Source: Eledone cirrhosa
Taxonomy: Eukaryota
NCBI GenBank assembly: GCA_964016885.1
Contig: OZ024756.1
Location: forward strand, 20,894,001-20,958,000
Length of the DNA stretch: 64,000 nt
Reading direction: 5' to 3'
The translations under genes and the position numbers were made by a program. This document shows, in pieces, positions 13,521 to 25,957 of this stretch. The first letter of the stretch is position 1; each line of letters opens with the position of its first letter. The notes below the pieces were generated by a model. It was not told where the DNA came from and ran no database searches. It saw only the letters and a list, made by a program, of their open reading frames with translations.

Positions 13521-13728
13521 AAAGTGGAATTGGACCGTCAAGTAATAACTTTGAAAAATATCTAATTCAGACAATAAAATATGGTATATCAAACGCTAAA
13601 CTAATTTCATTTTTTAAATATCATAAATAATCGGGAAAATGGTTTATATTTAAAGTAACACATTTCTGCACGAAACTGCTTCCATAGATTTTATATTTAT
13701 AAAATTAGTTCAATTGTTACGCATTGGC

Positions 13729-13736
13729 TATAAATA
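13729..13736 (+). promoter_or_regulatory. Candidate TATA box of the cystatin gene
   Basis: TATAAATA 122 bp upstream of the ATG at 13851. Confidence 0.5.
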
Positions 13737-13850
13737 ACGACTGAAAGAGGTTTCTAATACGCACTTCGTTGTTAACGACTGAAAGAGGTTTCTAATACGC
13801 ACTTCGGTGTTAACGACTGAATAGACTTACTGCAACTTTCTGTATTAACG

Positions 13851-13925
13851 ATGGCTGGCCGAATGTGTGGAGGTTTGGGATCATCTAAGGATGCCGACGC
13901 TATCATAAACAAAATATGCGATGAG
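13851..13925 (+). CDS. CSTB: Type-1 cystatin (stefin, cystatin-B-like) exon 1
   Basis: MAGRMCGGLGSSKDADAIINKICDE; conserved N-terminal MCGG; phase-0 donor GAG|GTGAGT. Confidence 0.92.
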
Positions 13926-15181
13926 GTGAGTTTATATTTTTATTTAATCATTCCTGATCTTGTTTTAAATCAGCAATTACATTTTATTTCATCAATTGGG
14001 TTTAACAAAGAAAGCGAGCCGTAACCAGAAAAGGTAAAAAAAAAAAAAAAAAAGTATTTTATACCTTCTCGATTATACAAGAAGTGCTGGTGACTCCCTC
14101 TAAAAAATGTAAACAACCACCCCAAAACACTCATGGCATTACTACGAGTGATAGCGAGGCTGACACTCAAGAATAGCCAAACATCTCTCACGAGCATTAC
14201 CTGAGTAAGACGTGACATTAGCGATGACAAAATCTTCGTTGACAGTGACTCGGCTTCTTCCACGAACGTCTTCTATGCCAGGGGTTAAAAAAAAATGAGA
14301 TTCACCTATAAATGACGATCGTTCAATGTAATGTTCTCGTTAAACCACGGATCCAACGGCCTCGAAGCTCCGTCGCAGGTCAGCCTTAATCTGGCTTACT
14401 TATAATTAATCAAAGATATTCCACCTGTGACCATCCTGTTTTTTAAATTTTTTTTTATTCCAGTCATATTCTATGTAGGACTATAATAGCTAATGTGTGT
14501 GTGTGTTTTAATTCCAATGAAATGCTGATATGGTTTAACTGCTATTTCTACCAGTTTGAGCAACTACGTAGGATCCACCCATTTACTGACTTCGGTTATC
14601 TCCGTTGTTGACTAAAGAATATGGTAGTTGCAATCTGCCGAGTCTCGTGACAATGAGGCTGCCTCTAAATGGTTTTTGAATCTGCTAGAAACAGCAGCCA
14701 ATTTTTCCTCAAATCAAAATCACCACCCTTGCGTCCCTTCCCCACGCTTCACAGGTCTTAGAAAAAAAAAAAAAAAAAAGGACTACATCGGTTCATACAC
14801 TCCTGGGTTGCCTGCGTGTAGGAAAATGACGGGATGGTCACGACTGGAATGCCTTTGATCATTTGTCTGCTCGACCAGGGCTGATTCGGAACTAATCAAC
14901 AACAACAACCGCCATAGGGTGACTGAAGTAATAATATTCGGTGAATATTGTAATAGTGACAATGGAGTTTTATTGCCCACCCACTTAACATTTAAGATTA
15001 AAACATAAAGAGACCCTCATTTGAAGATAAATGTTATATCTTCAGTGGTGGGGCTGGCAGTTTATTTACTATCTAATTCAGACTTTCGTATTTAATCTTA
15101 CACGTTTGTTTTGCTTCCAATGATTATATATATGTGTGTATATATATATGTGCGCCGCATGCGTGTGAGCGTGTATGTGCG

Positions 15182-15213
<32 letters not shown>

Positions 15214-15754
15214 TTCTCTCTCTCTCTCTCATCAGAATAGAGGCGGTAAAAACCAGTTAGACCATTACTCAGCAGAGTACTCGATATTTGGGATAGTAGA
15301 GTGGGTAATATGAAAAAATTTGGTCCCGAATTTTTTCATATATATATATATATATATACACGCGCACACACATTTATGCGGGTGTGTACTTGTGTAAACA
15401 TTTCTATAGACTTAGATCACGAGTTGTGTGTCATCCATTCGTATGTGTTATATATATATTTGGTGAAAATCGAAGTTGTAGCCGCAATGGAACAGATACC
15501 AATCGAATTGTTTAGAGGCAGTTACAAAGCACTCGATGGTGCGAACATTTTTCGTCCAGAGTAAACATAAAGTTAAGAAAATGTGACACCATGAATAAAA
15601 CGACCAGATGTATGTAGGCATAGTTTATCACAACAACAACGATAAATACAAACAGGTAGATAGGCACAAGGACATCAATTTGGGGGAGAGTGGCATGCGG
15701 ATTATATCGATACCATTTCATGATCGGTGACCTGGAGAAGAGATGGGCTTCACC

Positions 15755-16027
15755 TAGGGCCAGCGCTACCATATAGGTAAACTAGGCAGCCGCCTATGGC
15801 GCTGATTTCAAGGGCGCATTTCTTCAAATCAACAACAATTTTGGAATATAAATAAATAAATTTCAATTTTATTGGTGCTGGTGGTTTTTTTTATCCTGGT
15901 TTATTTGATACATGGGAAAATAAATGTTGAAAACAAATTTTGAAATTGATATTTTCCTTGGATGTGGGGTGGGGGGAGCCAGAATCTAAACCTTCCGAGG
16001 GTGCCAGATTGTCTGGTGCTGGCCCTG
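15755..16027. mobile_element. hAT-type MITE with 8-bp TSD
   Basis: TIRs TAGGGCCAGCGC / GTGCTGGCCCTG; flanks GCTTCACC and GCTCCACC (7/8 match). Confidence 0.8.
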
Positions 16028-16529
16028 GCTCCACCAAATTAAAAAAAAATAATGTCCTCGAAACGTTGTATGTCAATACGGCGCCCCTACGATTCCCCCA
16101 GGAATTACGGGACTAAAGAAGAAGAAGAAAGAAAGACATGATCAGTACTTTATTTTATCGACCTCATGAGGATGGAAAACAGAGTTGACCTCTGCGGTAT
16201 TTGAACTCAGACTGTAAAGAGCCGGAACGACTCGACTAATTTACTGGCCTACATAGCGAAAATAGAAACCTTTACTATAGAGAGACATACTCACCGATTT
16301 CAGTTAGGAATAATTTTCTGTCTTGTTTTTTTTCCCTTTTTCGAGTACTATCAATTAAACTTACTTTAGAGAGGACTGGAAAAAAAAATCGAGGGTCCCC
16401 CATCCCTGAACGCCTACCCTTTTCGGGGTAAAGTCCTTTACACCACAGTAGGAGGTAAGTTTAATTGATAATACACGAAAAAATAAAAATAAAAAAAAAC
16501 GCAGAAGAAAATTATTTGTCACTGAAATC

Positions 16530-16779
16530 AGTGGGTGTGTGACTTTGTATAAATTTAGTAAAATAATTGTTTCTACTTTTGGCACAAGGCCAGCAATTAC
16601 CCAGTGCATTATTGGTACTTTATTTTATCGACCCCGTAAGGATGAAAGGCAAAGTTAACCTTGCCTTTCATCCTTACGGGGTCGATAAAATAAAGTACCA
16701 GTAATGTAATAATTGCTGGCCTAATGCCAAAAGTAGAAACAACTATTTTACTAAATTTATACAAAGTCACACACCCACT
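16530..16779. repeat. Fold-back inverted duplication of a SINE 3' half plus its flank
   Basis: Arms mirror around GTTAAC (about 16653-16658), including the non-SINE flank GTGGGTGTGTGACTTTGTATAAAT. Confidence 0.85.
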
Positions 16780-17964
16780 AGTAAAATAAATGTTTCTACT
16801 TTTGGCATAAGGCCAGCAATTACCCAATGCATTACTGGTACTTTATTCTATCGACCCCGGAAGGATGAAAGGCAAAGTAAAATAATACCATTCATTTTGT
16901 TTATTAGATATTTTAAAATCTAGCTTACATAAAAATCAAAAGTAAAGATAGATATTTTTTAAATTCTTCTGAGTAAAGTGTGTTCTGTATGGATCTAAAT
17001 GGTATATATTTAAATTGTTTATATAATTTATACGAATTAGATATAACATTCTTTCGGTAATAATCGAGTGTTGGAGGTTTATCCAGGATTTCTTGATGGA
17101 ATTTGTCCAAAGATTTTTTGAATTTTATGGTGTCTGTTTCTGTTTTAATGTGTTTTGGTGTAATGCGGGACCAGTTGAGGTGAAATAATTGTGCCGTAAT
17201 GTTATAAGATGCGAGTTTGATTTTTGTTGTGTGGGGGATAGCATAGGGCCCAAGCCTTAGGTGTAATTTAAAGGTGATGCTAACATCATTTACGCCACAG
17301 GTTCTCAACCCATTTAGGCCAAACGCCCCCTTTTGTCCCTCGAAATCACGAAACGCCCCCCTACCCTATTTTTCCATTTTTCAATATACTACTGATTTTG
17401 ATATCAGTAGATTACTAAAAAATTGATTAACAATATTCCAAAGATACCATTGCAGGCAGCTGAGAGTATAAATACATTCCTTGAAAGGAAATATATAAAT
17501 TTAAAACAGAGGAACATAAATGTTCTTTTTTATGAATAAGGACCAGTTGAATTTGTTATATTCCCACCAGGCGATACCAACTATTTTGAACATTTATACA
17601 AGAGCAACTCTGTCTATCCAAAGAGTGCTCTTATCTGGAAGAAAGTGGCAATTATATCATTTCAAAGCTTTCCAATTTTCCCTTTAATGAAACAGACAGA
17701 ATAAATGTTGATATCTAACTTGATGTCCTCTCTGCTTTGTGAGCTTAGAGACCACGGAAGAGGGTTTTCATGACCACGCAGGAGGGTATATTTATTATAT
17801 TAGTAAATGGTAAAATATATACAACAAATGAGTAAGTGAATTGTAGTAGATTGTTTCCAGTCCAGTCAGACTGCAACTACAAATATAAAAAATTGTTAGT
17901 TTGCTTTGTAACAATAGCATATCTAAGTTTTCAGATAAATCAATTTACTTTAACTTTGACCTCA

Positions 17965-19007
17965 TTTAAATGGGACACTTGAACTTTATGGAGTCTAGCT
18001 AACTCTTTGACGTCGGGCTGGATTTTTCGTAAGATGTAGCCGGAGATCTCCACATGTAATTAACGGTTGCGAGCCTTACTGTGCAGACTGGAAACAGCAC
18101 CAAACCTCCTCTTGATTAAGTATGAGCTTGGAAAAGGCAGAGCAAATCTCTTAGCCTCTGCATGTAGGTGTGGAAATCGACGCTGAATTTCCTCTTGCAT
18201 CCAAAAAAGGGGTTCACCTATTTTGGGAAATCTAATTTTGATCATGTCATCTGCTTGAAGTTCAATGAATTCTTCCTGAAATATAACGTCCAAATCATCG
18301 ACGTTAGCTATGAAAGGATCTGCTACCCACATTGGGATGTCCATCGGCAAAAGGTCGACAAACCGTTCTCTCATGTTGTCTTGTAGCGCACGGAGGTGAG
18401 CGGTATAAATTTGGAGTTGGTCATCACTTACAATGTTTTGAACATTGGCGACACTAGGAAAATTATAGAATTCCCGTCAACAAAGATTCCTTTTGATGAC
18501 CTTCAATTTGGCCAGGAATGTTTTCACAGTATTGAGTGATCTTCCCCTGCAAAGCCAAAATGACGCTATTGCATTTGTTGACGATGTCGGTGAGGTAGGC
18601 GCAGTTTTGCCTCACATCGAGGGTTTTCTTGTACAGTTCTGTGTTGCGTCCTCACAGAAACTCAATGATAGAGTCAAACAGTTCAAAGAAGTGAGTAAGG
18701 CAGTTGCCCTTTGAAAGCCACCTCACTTCATTATGAAGGAGCAACTTGACGAATTCTTCGTCATTATCTTGGCACAGTTGCCGGAAAATTTGTTCATTGA
18801 GGGAATGCCGTTTGATAAAATTGATGACATCAAGAGCCACCTGCAAGGACTTGCTCAGTGGCTTGCTGAGTTTCTTCACAGCCAAGTGTTGTCGATGAAT
18901 GACACAATGAACAACAAATACAGATAGATTTTCTCTCTTCAGAAGAGTGACGAAACCCTTATGTTGGCTGACTATTGCTCTAGCGTCGTCCGTAGCACAT
19001 GATACAA
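17965..19007 (-). pseudogene. Disrupted hAT transposase (SCAND3/ZBED8-like C-terminal half)
   Basis: HCVIHRQHLAVKKLS, LLLHNEVRWLSKGNCL and WVADPF...FALPFPSSYL motifs with frameshifts and stops. Confidence 0.88.
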
Positions 19008-19392
19008 TGTGTTGTATTTGGTCCTAGATGTATGTATTACACGCCTGTGTGTTGTAAGTAGTCCTAGATGTATGTATTACCTGCTTATGTATTGCATGTG
19101 GTCCTAGATGTATGTATTACCTGATTATGTGTTGTATGTGGTCCTAGATGTTTGTATTACCTGCTTATGTGTTGTATGTGGTCCTAAATGTATGTATTAC
19201 TTGCCTGTGTGTTGTATGTGGTCCTAGATGTGTGTGCTACCTCCTTATGTGTGTATTACCAGCTTATGTATTGTATGTGGTCCTAGATGTGTGTATTACC
19301 TGCTTATGTGTTGTATGTGGTCCTAGATGTGTGTATTATCTGATTATGTGTTGTATGTGGTCCTAGATGTGTGTGCTACCCGCTTCTGTGTT
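19008..19392. repeat. 40-bp minisatellite inside the hAT element, about 9 copies
   Basis: Unit GTCCTAGATGTATGTATTACCTGCTTATGTGTTGTATGTG at 19021, 19061, 19101 and 19141; a single related monomer near 46555. Confidence 0.93.
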
Positions 19393-20850
19393 TTTTTTTT
19401 CTTTTTTTTATTTGTAATATTATTTATACAATAGGAAATAAAATAGATCTACATAGTGTTAACTCGTTACGGTTGAGTCAACAATTTCAGACATGAAATA
19501 CATTGTTATCGGTGAAGGAAAGACAAGATTCTAACTGGCTGCGATTGAAGTGTCCTTGACCCAGTTGACTGTGGGTTTTTCCATTGTTAGGATCTCAATT
19601 GCCGGTTAATGTCTAAACACGCCTGCTCACAGCTGCGGTCAGACCATAGTTATGCTGTCTGCATGTTCATTCAAATGCATTCACACTGGCTGTCTCAAAG
19701 ACATACAAATATGGCTTATAAAACTTACCAAAGTAAAGAGCCTTCCAGTGCACTCCAAAGCTCCCCCCCCCCAACGCCCCCTTGCTCCCAAATGCCCCCC
19801 CCCTGGATTTCCGAAACGGCCCCTGGGGGTGCATATGCCCCCCGTTGAGAACCTTTGATTTAGGCAATGCTGATGGAATATTTCCCACATCATGCAGATA
19901 ATGTAGCGCACGCCGGTGTTGGAAAGAATAGAGTTTGAGATTTTCTAGTTGACTCCAATAGTCAAGGCCTGACATGCCATCTATCTTTTTTATGATTGAT
20001 TTTTGAGGTGCTTCAATTTTCATGATACTTTTTGTATGGAGATACCACAGTGGACAACAGTATTCAAAATGGAGTCGGGCAAAAGTAGATAAGAGAAGAG
20101 TAATGGTGTGGATATCTCTCGACTGGAAAGTTCTGAGAATCCAGGAACACATTCAGCGGGCCATATCAACTTATGTTGTTATCAGCAATTACTCCCAAGT
20201 CTCTGAAGTTGTTGGATGCCACAAGAGTTTCACTTGAAGGAAGGGAATATGGGAGTTTCAGTGCATCCTCTTTTGCAAAGTGGATTAGTTCAAATTTATC
20301 CTCATTCAGTAGCATATTGTTCTTTTCCGCCCATTGGATAATAGCAAGTAGATCTAATTGAAGGCATGTCCAGTCACCCACTCTATTGATGACCTTCTGG
20401 AGCTTGGTATCATCTGCAAAGATTCTTATGTTTGCTGTGCTTGATGATGTCAGTAACACTATTTATATAGATAAGGAAAAGAAGTGGGCCCAACACAGTG
20501 CCTTGTGGAGCGCCTCTACTGACTTTGACTGGGCTTGATTGTACTCCTTCGACTACAACATGTTGGGCTCTGTTTGCCAGGAAAAACTTGATCCATTGCA
20601 GTAACATTCCAGAGACACCAATGTTGGATAGTTTTCTCAGTACAATGTTGTGATCAACCATGTCAAAGGCCTTGCTGAAATCAAGGTAGATGACATCAGT
20701 ATTGAGCCCTCTCCCAAAGCTCTTAAAATGTCATCAAAGTGATGCAGGAGCTGTGTACAGATAATGTTTTTGTATCATGTTCATACTTTTCTCAAGACAT
20801 TATCAACATAAATATTTTCATTGTTATATATAATTATAAATTATTCTCAG

Positions 20851-20952
20851 GCAAAACCCTTAATTGAAGCGGAATTGAAGAAAACACTTGAAATATTTGA
20901 AGCCATTTCCTATAAGGAACAAGTAGTAGCTGGAAGGAATTACTTTGTGAAG
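20851..20952 (+). CDS. CSTB: Type-1 cystatin exon 2 (QVVAG inhibitory loop)
   Basis: TTCTCAG|AKPLIEAELKKTLEIFEAISYKEQVVAGRNYFVK|GTAAAT; 102 nt, phase 0/0. Confidence 0.96.
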
Positions 20953-21001
20953 GTAAATGTTGATATATCTTATTTATTAGTAGTATACAAAATCAATCAT
21001 C

Positions 21002-21400
21002 TTAACCCTTTAGCATTTAAACTGGCTGTATCCGGCCAAAATTCTCTCACCTCTTTCTGTTCAAACTAGCTGTAACCGGCCATTCATATTGATGTTAATG
21101 TATTGTTCTAAAAAAAAAAAATTGTTTCTACTTTTTGGCACAAGGCCAGTACATTACTGGTACTTTATTTTATCGACCCTGTAAGGATGAAAGGCAAAGT
21201 TAACCTCGACGGGATTTGAACTCAGACCGTAAAGGGACGTAACTATGGTGGAAAGCAGGGTGTCCGACCCTCTACCGATACTGCCAATTCACCGAAATAA
21301 ATAATATCAAAATCTCATAGATTCAATATTATGTGAGGTAAAGCCTTTACTGTGGAAATATAATTGTAAATATAAAGTAATGTAAATGCTAAAGGGTTAA
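21002..21400. mobile_element. piggyBac-like MITE with an internal reverse SINE insertion
   Basis: TTAA-CCCTTTAGCATTTA ... TAAATGCTAAAGGG-TTAA; SINE at about 21120-21295. Confidence 0.85.
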
Positions 21401-22339
21401 ACTGTATTTTCATGATAGATTCCATAAATAAAATTACGTGTGTTCTTCTTTATTACAGATTACATTTGATTCAACCCCACCCACACACACTCCTATTTTT
21501 TTTCATTGCTTAGTCGGGTGTGAAGGCATGTGGCTTTGTGGTTAAGGTATTCGGCACAGGATCGTAAGGTCATGAGTTTGATTCCCAGCAGCGTGTTCTG
21601 CCCTTGAGCAAGACACTTTATTTCACATTGCTCCAGTCCACTCAGCTGGCAAAAATGAGATGTATCTGTAATTTGAAGAGCCAGCATTGTCACATTCTGT
21701 GTCATGCTGAATCTCCCTGAGAATTATGTTATGAGTATGTGTGTTTATGGAACGCTCAGTCACTTGCATGTTAATTTCATGAGCTGGCTGTTTCGTTGAT
21801 CGGATCAATTGGAACACTTATTGTTGTAACCAACAGAGTACCATAACTTAGTCAGGAGGAAGGTCAGTTTCTATGACCCTCTCATGGGTCCTCAAGACTG
21901 ATGGGAGGGAGTTATCCTCAAACCAGAGACAAGGCCCAAATATTTACAATAACAAGGATTCTGATAAAGGCACCCAAGAGCCAGGTAGTGTTAAACTGAG
22001 TGTACGATTAAGTCTACTACCAAAATAAATGAACCATGGCAGGATTTGAACAGAGAACCGAAAGAGCCTGAAAAAATACCACAAAGCATCTTATCAGATG
22101 CTGTAACAGTCCACTGTCCTAGATTAGTAATATATTTATCAATCCCAAAAGGACAAAAAGATGGAATCCTGGCTAGGATTATCATCATCTTAACTTTGTT
22201 GTCAATCACCTTCCCTGCAGAAGTAAACTGTGATTATATATTCTTATAGGTAATGCCTGCACGTTAAACTAAAAAAAAATGTAACAACCCCCTTCGGTAA
22301 TGAATGACCATGGGATTTGCATCTAGAAAATTCCACTCC

Positions 22340-23468
22340 GAGTTTAGTTCCAACCGGTTTAGTGCCTACTTCTCCTGATGCCTTCAGCATCTCAGCAACT
22401 ATCCCCGACGGTCCAGCAGCCTTACCATTCTTCATTTCCTTAATTGCTTCTTGTACCCTATATTCGTCAATCTCAATAGCTGGTCCCTTTGTCGGGTCTA
22501 CTGGGGGTAATTTCTCCCTCTCCCATTCGTTCTCCACATTCATCAGTCTCTCATAATGACATTTCCAGGCCTCCTATTTTTGATTATTTGTGACACTAAG
22601 TACACCGGCATCATTCCGGACACACTTATCTCCAACACCATCCTCATTTGCACTGACACACTGCCTTGCAATGCAGAACACCACACGTCTCTGATCTTCC
22701 CATCGCAGAACATTGGCAAACCTCCTACTCTCAGCCTCCCTGCATGCTAAGTACACCTGACATCTAGCTTCTCTCTTAGTGGCTGTTTATCCTTCTCTAC
22801 TCCCACCATTTTTTCCAAGCCTTCCATGCCAGTCTTTTGTCTCTAATGGCCCTATCTACCATGCTGTTCCACCACCAGGCCACTCTCTGTCTGGTTGAAG
22901 CTCTACTCCAACCACAAGTTTCTTCAGTAACCTGCAATAAGTTGTCACGCAAGAAATTCCAGTTATCATCTATCATACAACTCTAAATCGTCTTCTTTTT
23001 CGTCATACACATCTTGAAGGGCTTTGCTAAATTTATATTTTAATGAAAGGTCTTTTAGCTTCCAGACCTTTCTTTTCCACACCTTCCTGTATGTCTCATT
23101 CTTTCTCTTGCTTACTGAGATATCACTAACGACTAACCTATGCTGTGGGGTACATTCTTCCCCGGGGTATGCCTTAGTATTTGACACCACCTGTCTGTCT
23201 CGCTGTCTAACTAACAGGAAGTCAATCTGGCTTTTGTACTCGCCTGCTTTGTAGATTATTAGGTGGTTGGTAGGCTTCTGGAAGTTAGTGTTGCAAATGG
23301 TTAGTGCATTTGCATCACAAAATTCAAGAAGCCTCACTCCTTATTCATTTCTTGAGCCGTAACTGTGCCCACCATGTACCCCAGTGTATCCATCCTGGAG
23401 CTGTCCAACATGTCCATTGAAGTCCCCTGCTAGCATAACGATGTCTCTGTCCTCTGTCACTGAGGCTG
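22340..23468 (-). mobile_element. RTE-like LINE fragment (EN end to RT start) in cystatin intron 2
   Basis: AGDFNGHVG, RLLEFCDANALTICNTNF, SQIDFLLV, QHRLVVSD and EMKNGKAAGPSGIVAEMLKA; broken by stops and frameshifts. Confidence 0.9.
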
Positions 23469-23571
23469 TAATATGCCCACCCCACCTAACCCATCATCAT
23501 TATCCATGCAGAAAAGCTTATAATGTTGAATATTAGGTATTGATTTCAGATATTTAATTTTTATTCTACAG

Positions 23572-23691
23572 ATACATATTGGAAATGAAGATTGTATTCA
23601 TGCGAGGATATACCAACCATTATTTGAAGGTTTGCAATTAACAGGTGTGAAAACAGACATGAGTCGCACTGATGAGATAGTACATTTCTAA
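23572..23691 (+). CDS. CSTB: Type-1 cystatin exon 3 (terminal)
   Basis: TTCTACAG|IHIGNEDCIHARIYQPLFEGLQLTGVKTDMSRTDEIVHF*; resembles the stefin C-terminus; spliced total 98 aa. Confidence 0.94.
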   Translation: MHIGNEDCIHARIYQPLFEGLQLTGVKTDMSRTDEIVHF

Positions 23692-23719
23692 ATAAAGTAT
23701 ATTTTATAAATGCAATAAA
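23691..23719 (+). terminator. Polyadenylation signals of the cystatin gene
   Basis: AATAAA at 23691-23696 and 23714-23719. Confidence 0.6.
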
Positions 23720-23807
23720 TTTGTGATCAAATGAATATACATTGTCAATTACATGTATACTATAATACTGTACAATATTTCTATCACTGTCATTATTATC
23801 ATTATCA

Positions 23808-24180
23808 TTTGAGTTCAAATCCCGCCGAGCTTAACCTTGTCTTTCATCCTTATGGGGGTCGATAAAATTAAGTACCAGTCATGCACTGGGCTCGATTTAA
23901 TCGACTTTCCCCTCCCCCAGAATTGCTGGTTTTGTGCCTATATAAGAAACTATTATTACCATTATCTTTTGAGTTGAAAATCCGCCGAGGTTAACTTTGC
24001 CTTTCATCCTTACTGGGTCGATAAAATAAAGTACCAGTCATGCACTGAAGCTTTTTTAAGTAAGGAAAGGCCTTGCATGGGGCCAATCTCACTCTCTGAA
24101 CATCGAATGCATTTGCCCTAAAAGAATAACTTTCCCCTCCCCCGAAATTGTCGGCCTTGTGCCTATATAAGAAACTATTA
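23808..24180 (+). mobile_element. Two tandem 5'-truncated SINE copies
   Basis: GAGTTCAAATCCCGCCGAG...GTCGATAAAATTAAGTACCAG core present twice. Confidence 0.8.
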
Positions 24181-25003
24181 TCATTATCATCGTCTCTATG
24201 TGGGTTTTTATCGTACCACCAGCACTGCCACTTTTTAGAGTGGACTGGGGGCATTATATTGTGGCACCAGCACTACCATATGTCATCGAACCCACTGTCA
24301 TCGCCTCCATCTCTTTCACCACCCTCATCTCTCTGTATGGTGGGCAAATGGGGTTCCACGTGCTGGCCTCCCCACAGCCCCGGCGGGCAGAATAGAGAAG
24401 GCGTTTCCCCGAAGGATGGTAAAGGAGCTGCGCTGGAAGAGCCATTCCATCTCGCGAGGCTCACACCTGCAGCTGGCCAGTATTAAGCATGATTATAGAA
24501 GTGTAAACATTTAATTGACTTGAAGCATTGGAAAATTTAGAATTTTAAAATTATAGTCGCCACAATGCTGATATCTATAATAATAGTTAAATAAATTGGG
24601 GTAATGTACTCTCTGCAGACAGGAAACAGTTGATAGAGACGTCTGCAGTGAAGTGAACCATGCATCATTCACATATCGGACGAGCGGTTTTGGACATTAC
24701 GGGCAAATGAACTAATTGTGTACAATTTAGCAACAAGGAGAGGGAATTCATAATCTAACAATTTCTCTGTGGACAGAAAATATTCATTTTCTGACGAAGG
24801 TATAAATCAGATATATAATTTAGATTATTTTGCCTAGCGATGTTTTGCAAATCATTTGTAATTATCTCCCTTTAAACTTTTACTCATATTAGAGTTATTT
24901 CCCTTTAAAAATATAATCTGTAATTACTACCTGCTTCTATGTGAGCGCATGCGTCTGTGAATATACATGTATTAGTAGGTGTAAATATTCTCACACACAA
25001 ATA

Positions 25004-25035
<32 letters not shown>

Positions 25036-25118
25036 AGTTTATCCCGGTTCAATCAGAGCTAACCACAGTAACTAAGGTACTCAATACAAAGCAGAGTATA
25101 AGTATTTAATATGGAAAA

Positions 25119-25169
25119 GGCTTCTACAGGACTAGAACTGTTTCATTCGGGAGAAATCATCAGGAAGCC
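25119..25169 (-). ncRNA. Type-I hammerhead ribozyme
   Basis: Minus strand GGCTTC-CTGATGA-tTTCtcccGAAt-GAAA-CAGttctagtcCTG-TA-GAAGCC; perfect 6-bp stem I, GUA site, U-U at the base of stem II. Confidence 0.8.
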
Positions 25170-25446
25170 GACTGTCCAAGTAATATGGTGATTGGGATGG
25201 GTGGAGGTCATTGGTTGATGGGTTTAAAGAAAAGGGAATTCTTTAAAAACTATATTTAGAGTAACAAAAGCAGAAAGATTTCTATAGATAAGTTCAAACT
25301 GGGGGTGCCACTCCTGAATTTTAAGGTTCACGTAGGAACTGGAATCATATGATTCCAGTTCCTCGGAGGACTAACACACCCAGGAGCTGGACATATCGAT
25401 GAATTGACAGTGGAACACATTTCAACACCATGTTTACCTGTTTTTT

Positions 25447-25505
25447 GTCTACACTGATGAAGTCACAGCCAATAATAGCTGTCACTGAAATATATATAGC
25501 AGAGA
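25447..25505 (+). ncRNA. Degenerate minimal hammerhead ribozyme
   Basis: CTGATGA 25454-25460, stem II AGTCACAGC/GCTGTCACT, GAAA, TATATA palindrome, TA; stem I poorly paired. Confidence 0.6.
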
Positions 25506-25917
25506 ATATATAATAAACGAAGCCAAATTTAATATGTTTGACTTACTTATTTTACATTACTCCGGAGTAAACAAACCAACCTGCGTACTTCGTCGAGTGC
25601 TCCAATCTACATACTGAGGTGTCGGTAAACAACCAACATATACTATATATATATATATATATAACAAAGGAAGTGTGGTCAGGAACCAGGTGGACCATAA
25701 TGCACCAGAGTACTCGATACTGGGTAGTAGAGTGGGTAATAGGAAAAGAGTCAGGATCCCGACGGCTGAGCTCCGGCGGTTTCGACAACTAGGTCTGAAC
25801 TCTGAATTCAGACCTAGCTGTCGAAACCGTCGGGGTCCTGACTATTTTCCTATATATATGGGGGCGGGGTGCAATTATATTTATGTATGAGAATATTTAC
25901 ATGTACTAATAACTGTG

Positions 25918-25957
<40 letters not shown>

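Larger units (their letters stand above)
17296..19857 (-). mobile_element. Buster/Charlie-type hAT DNA transposon, internally deleted, with TIRs and 8-bp TSD
   Basis: TIR CA(C/A)AGGTTCTCAAC at both ends; TSD ATTTACGC / ATTTAGGC with central TA. Confidence 0.92.
16925..20760 (-). mobile_element. CR1/L2-like LINE RT fragment in cystatin intron 1, split by a hAT insertion
   Basis: DFSKAFDMVDH, GAPQGTVLGPLLFLIYIN, FADDTKL and RLHFEYCCPLW at 19866-20760; frame continues ...HQHCLN|DVSITFKLH... into 16925-17295. Confidence 0.9.

Noticed and set aside
24330-24485. HDV-like ribozyme (GGT-TCCACGT-GCT resembles P3/L3)
   Set aside because: No matching P1 strand or P1.1 GG could be built; probably a retroelement UTR fragment.
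25660-25850. Hairpin-rich repeat family (also about 7410, 15240, 39660 and 40250) as a ribozyme
   Set aside because: Contains GAAAC and stems but no CUGANGA core in the right position.
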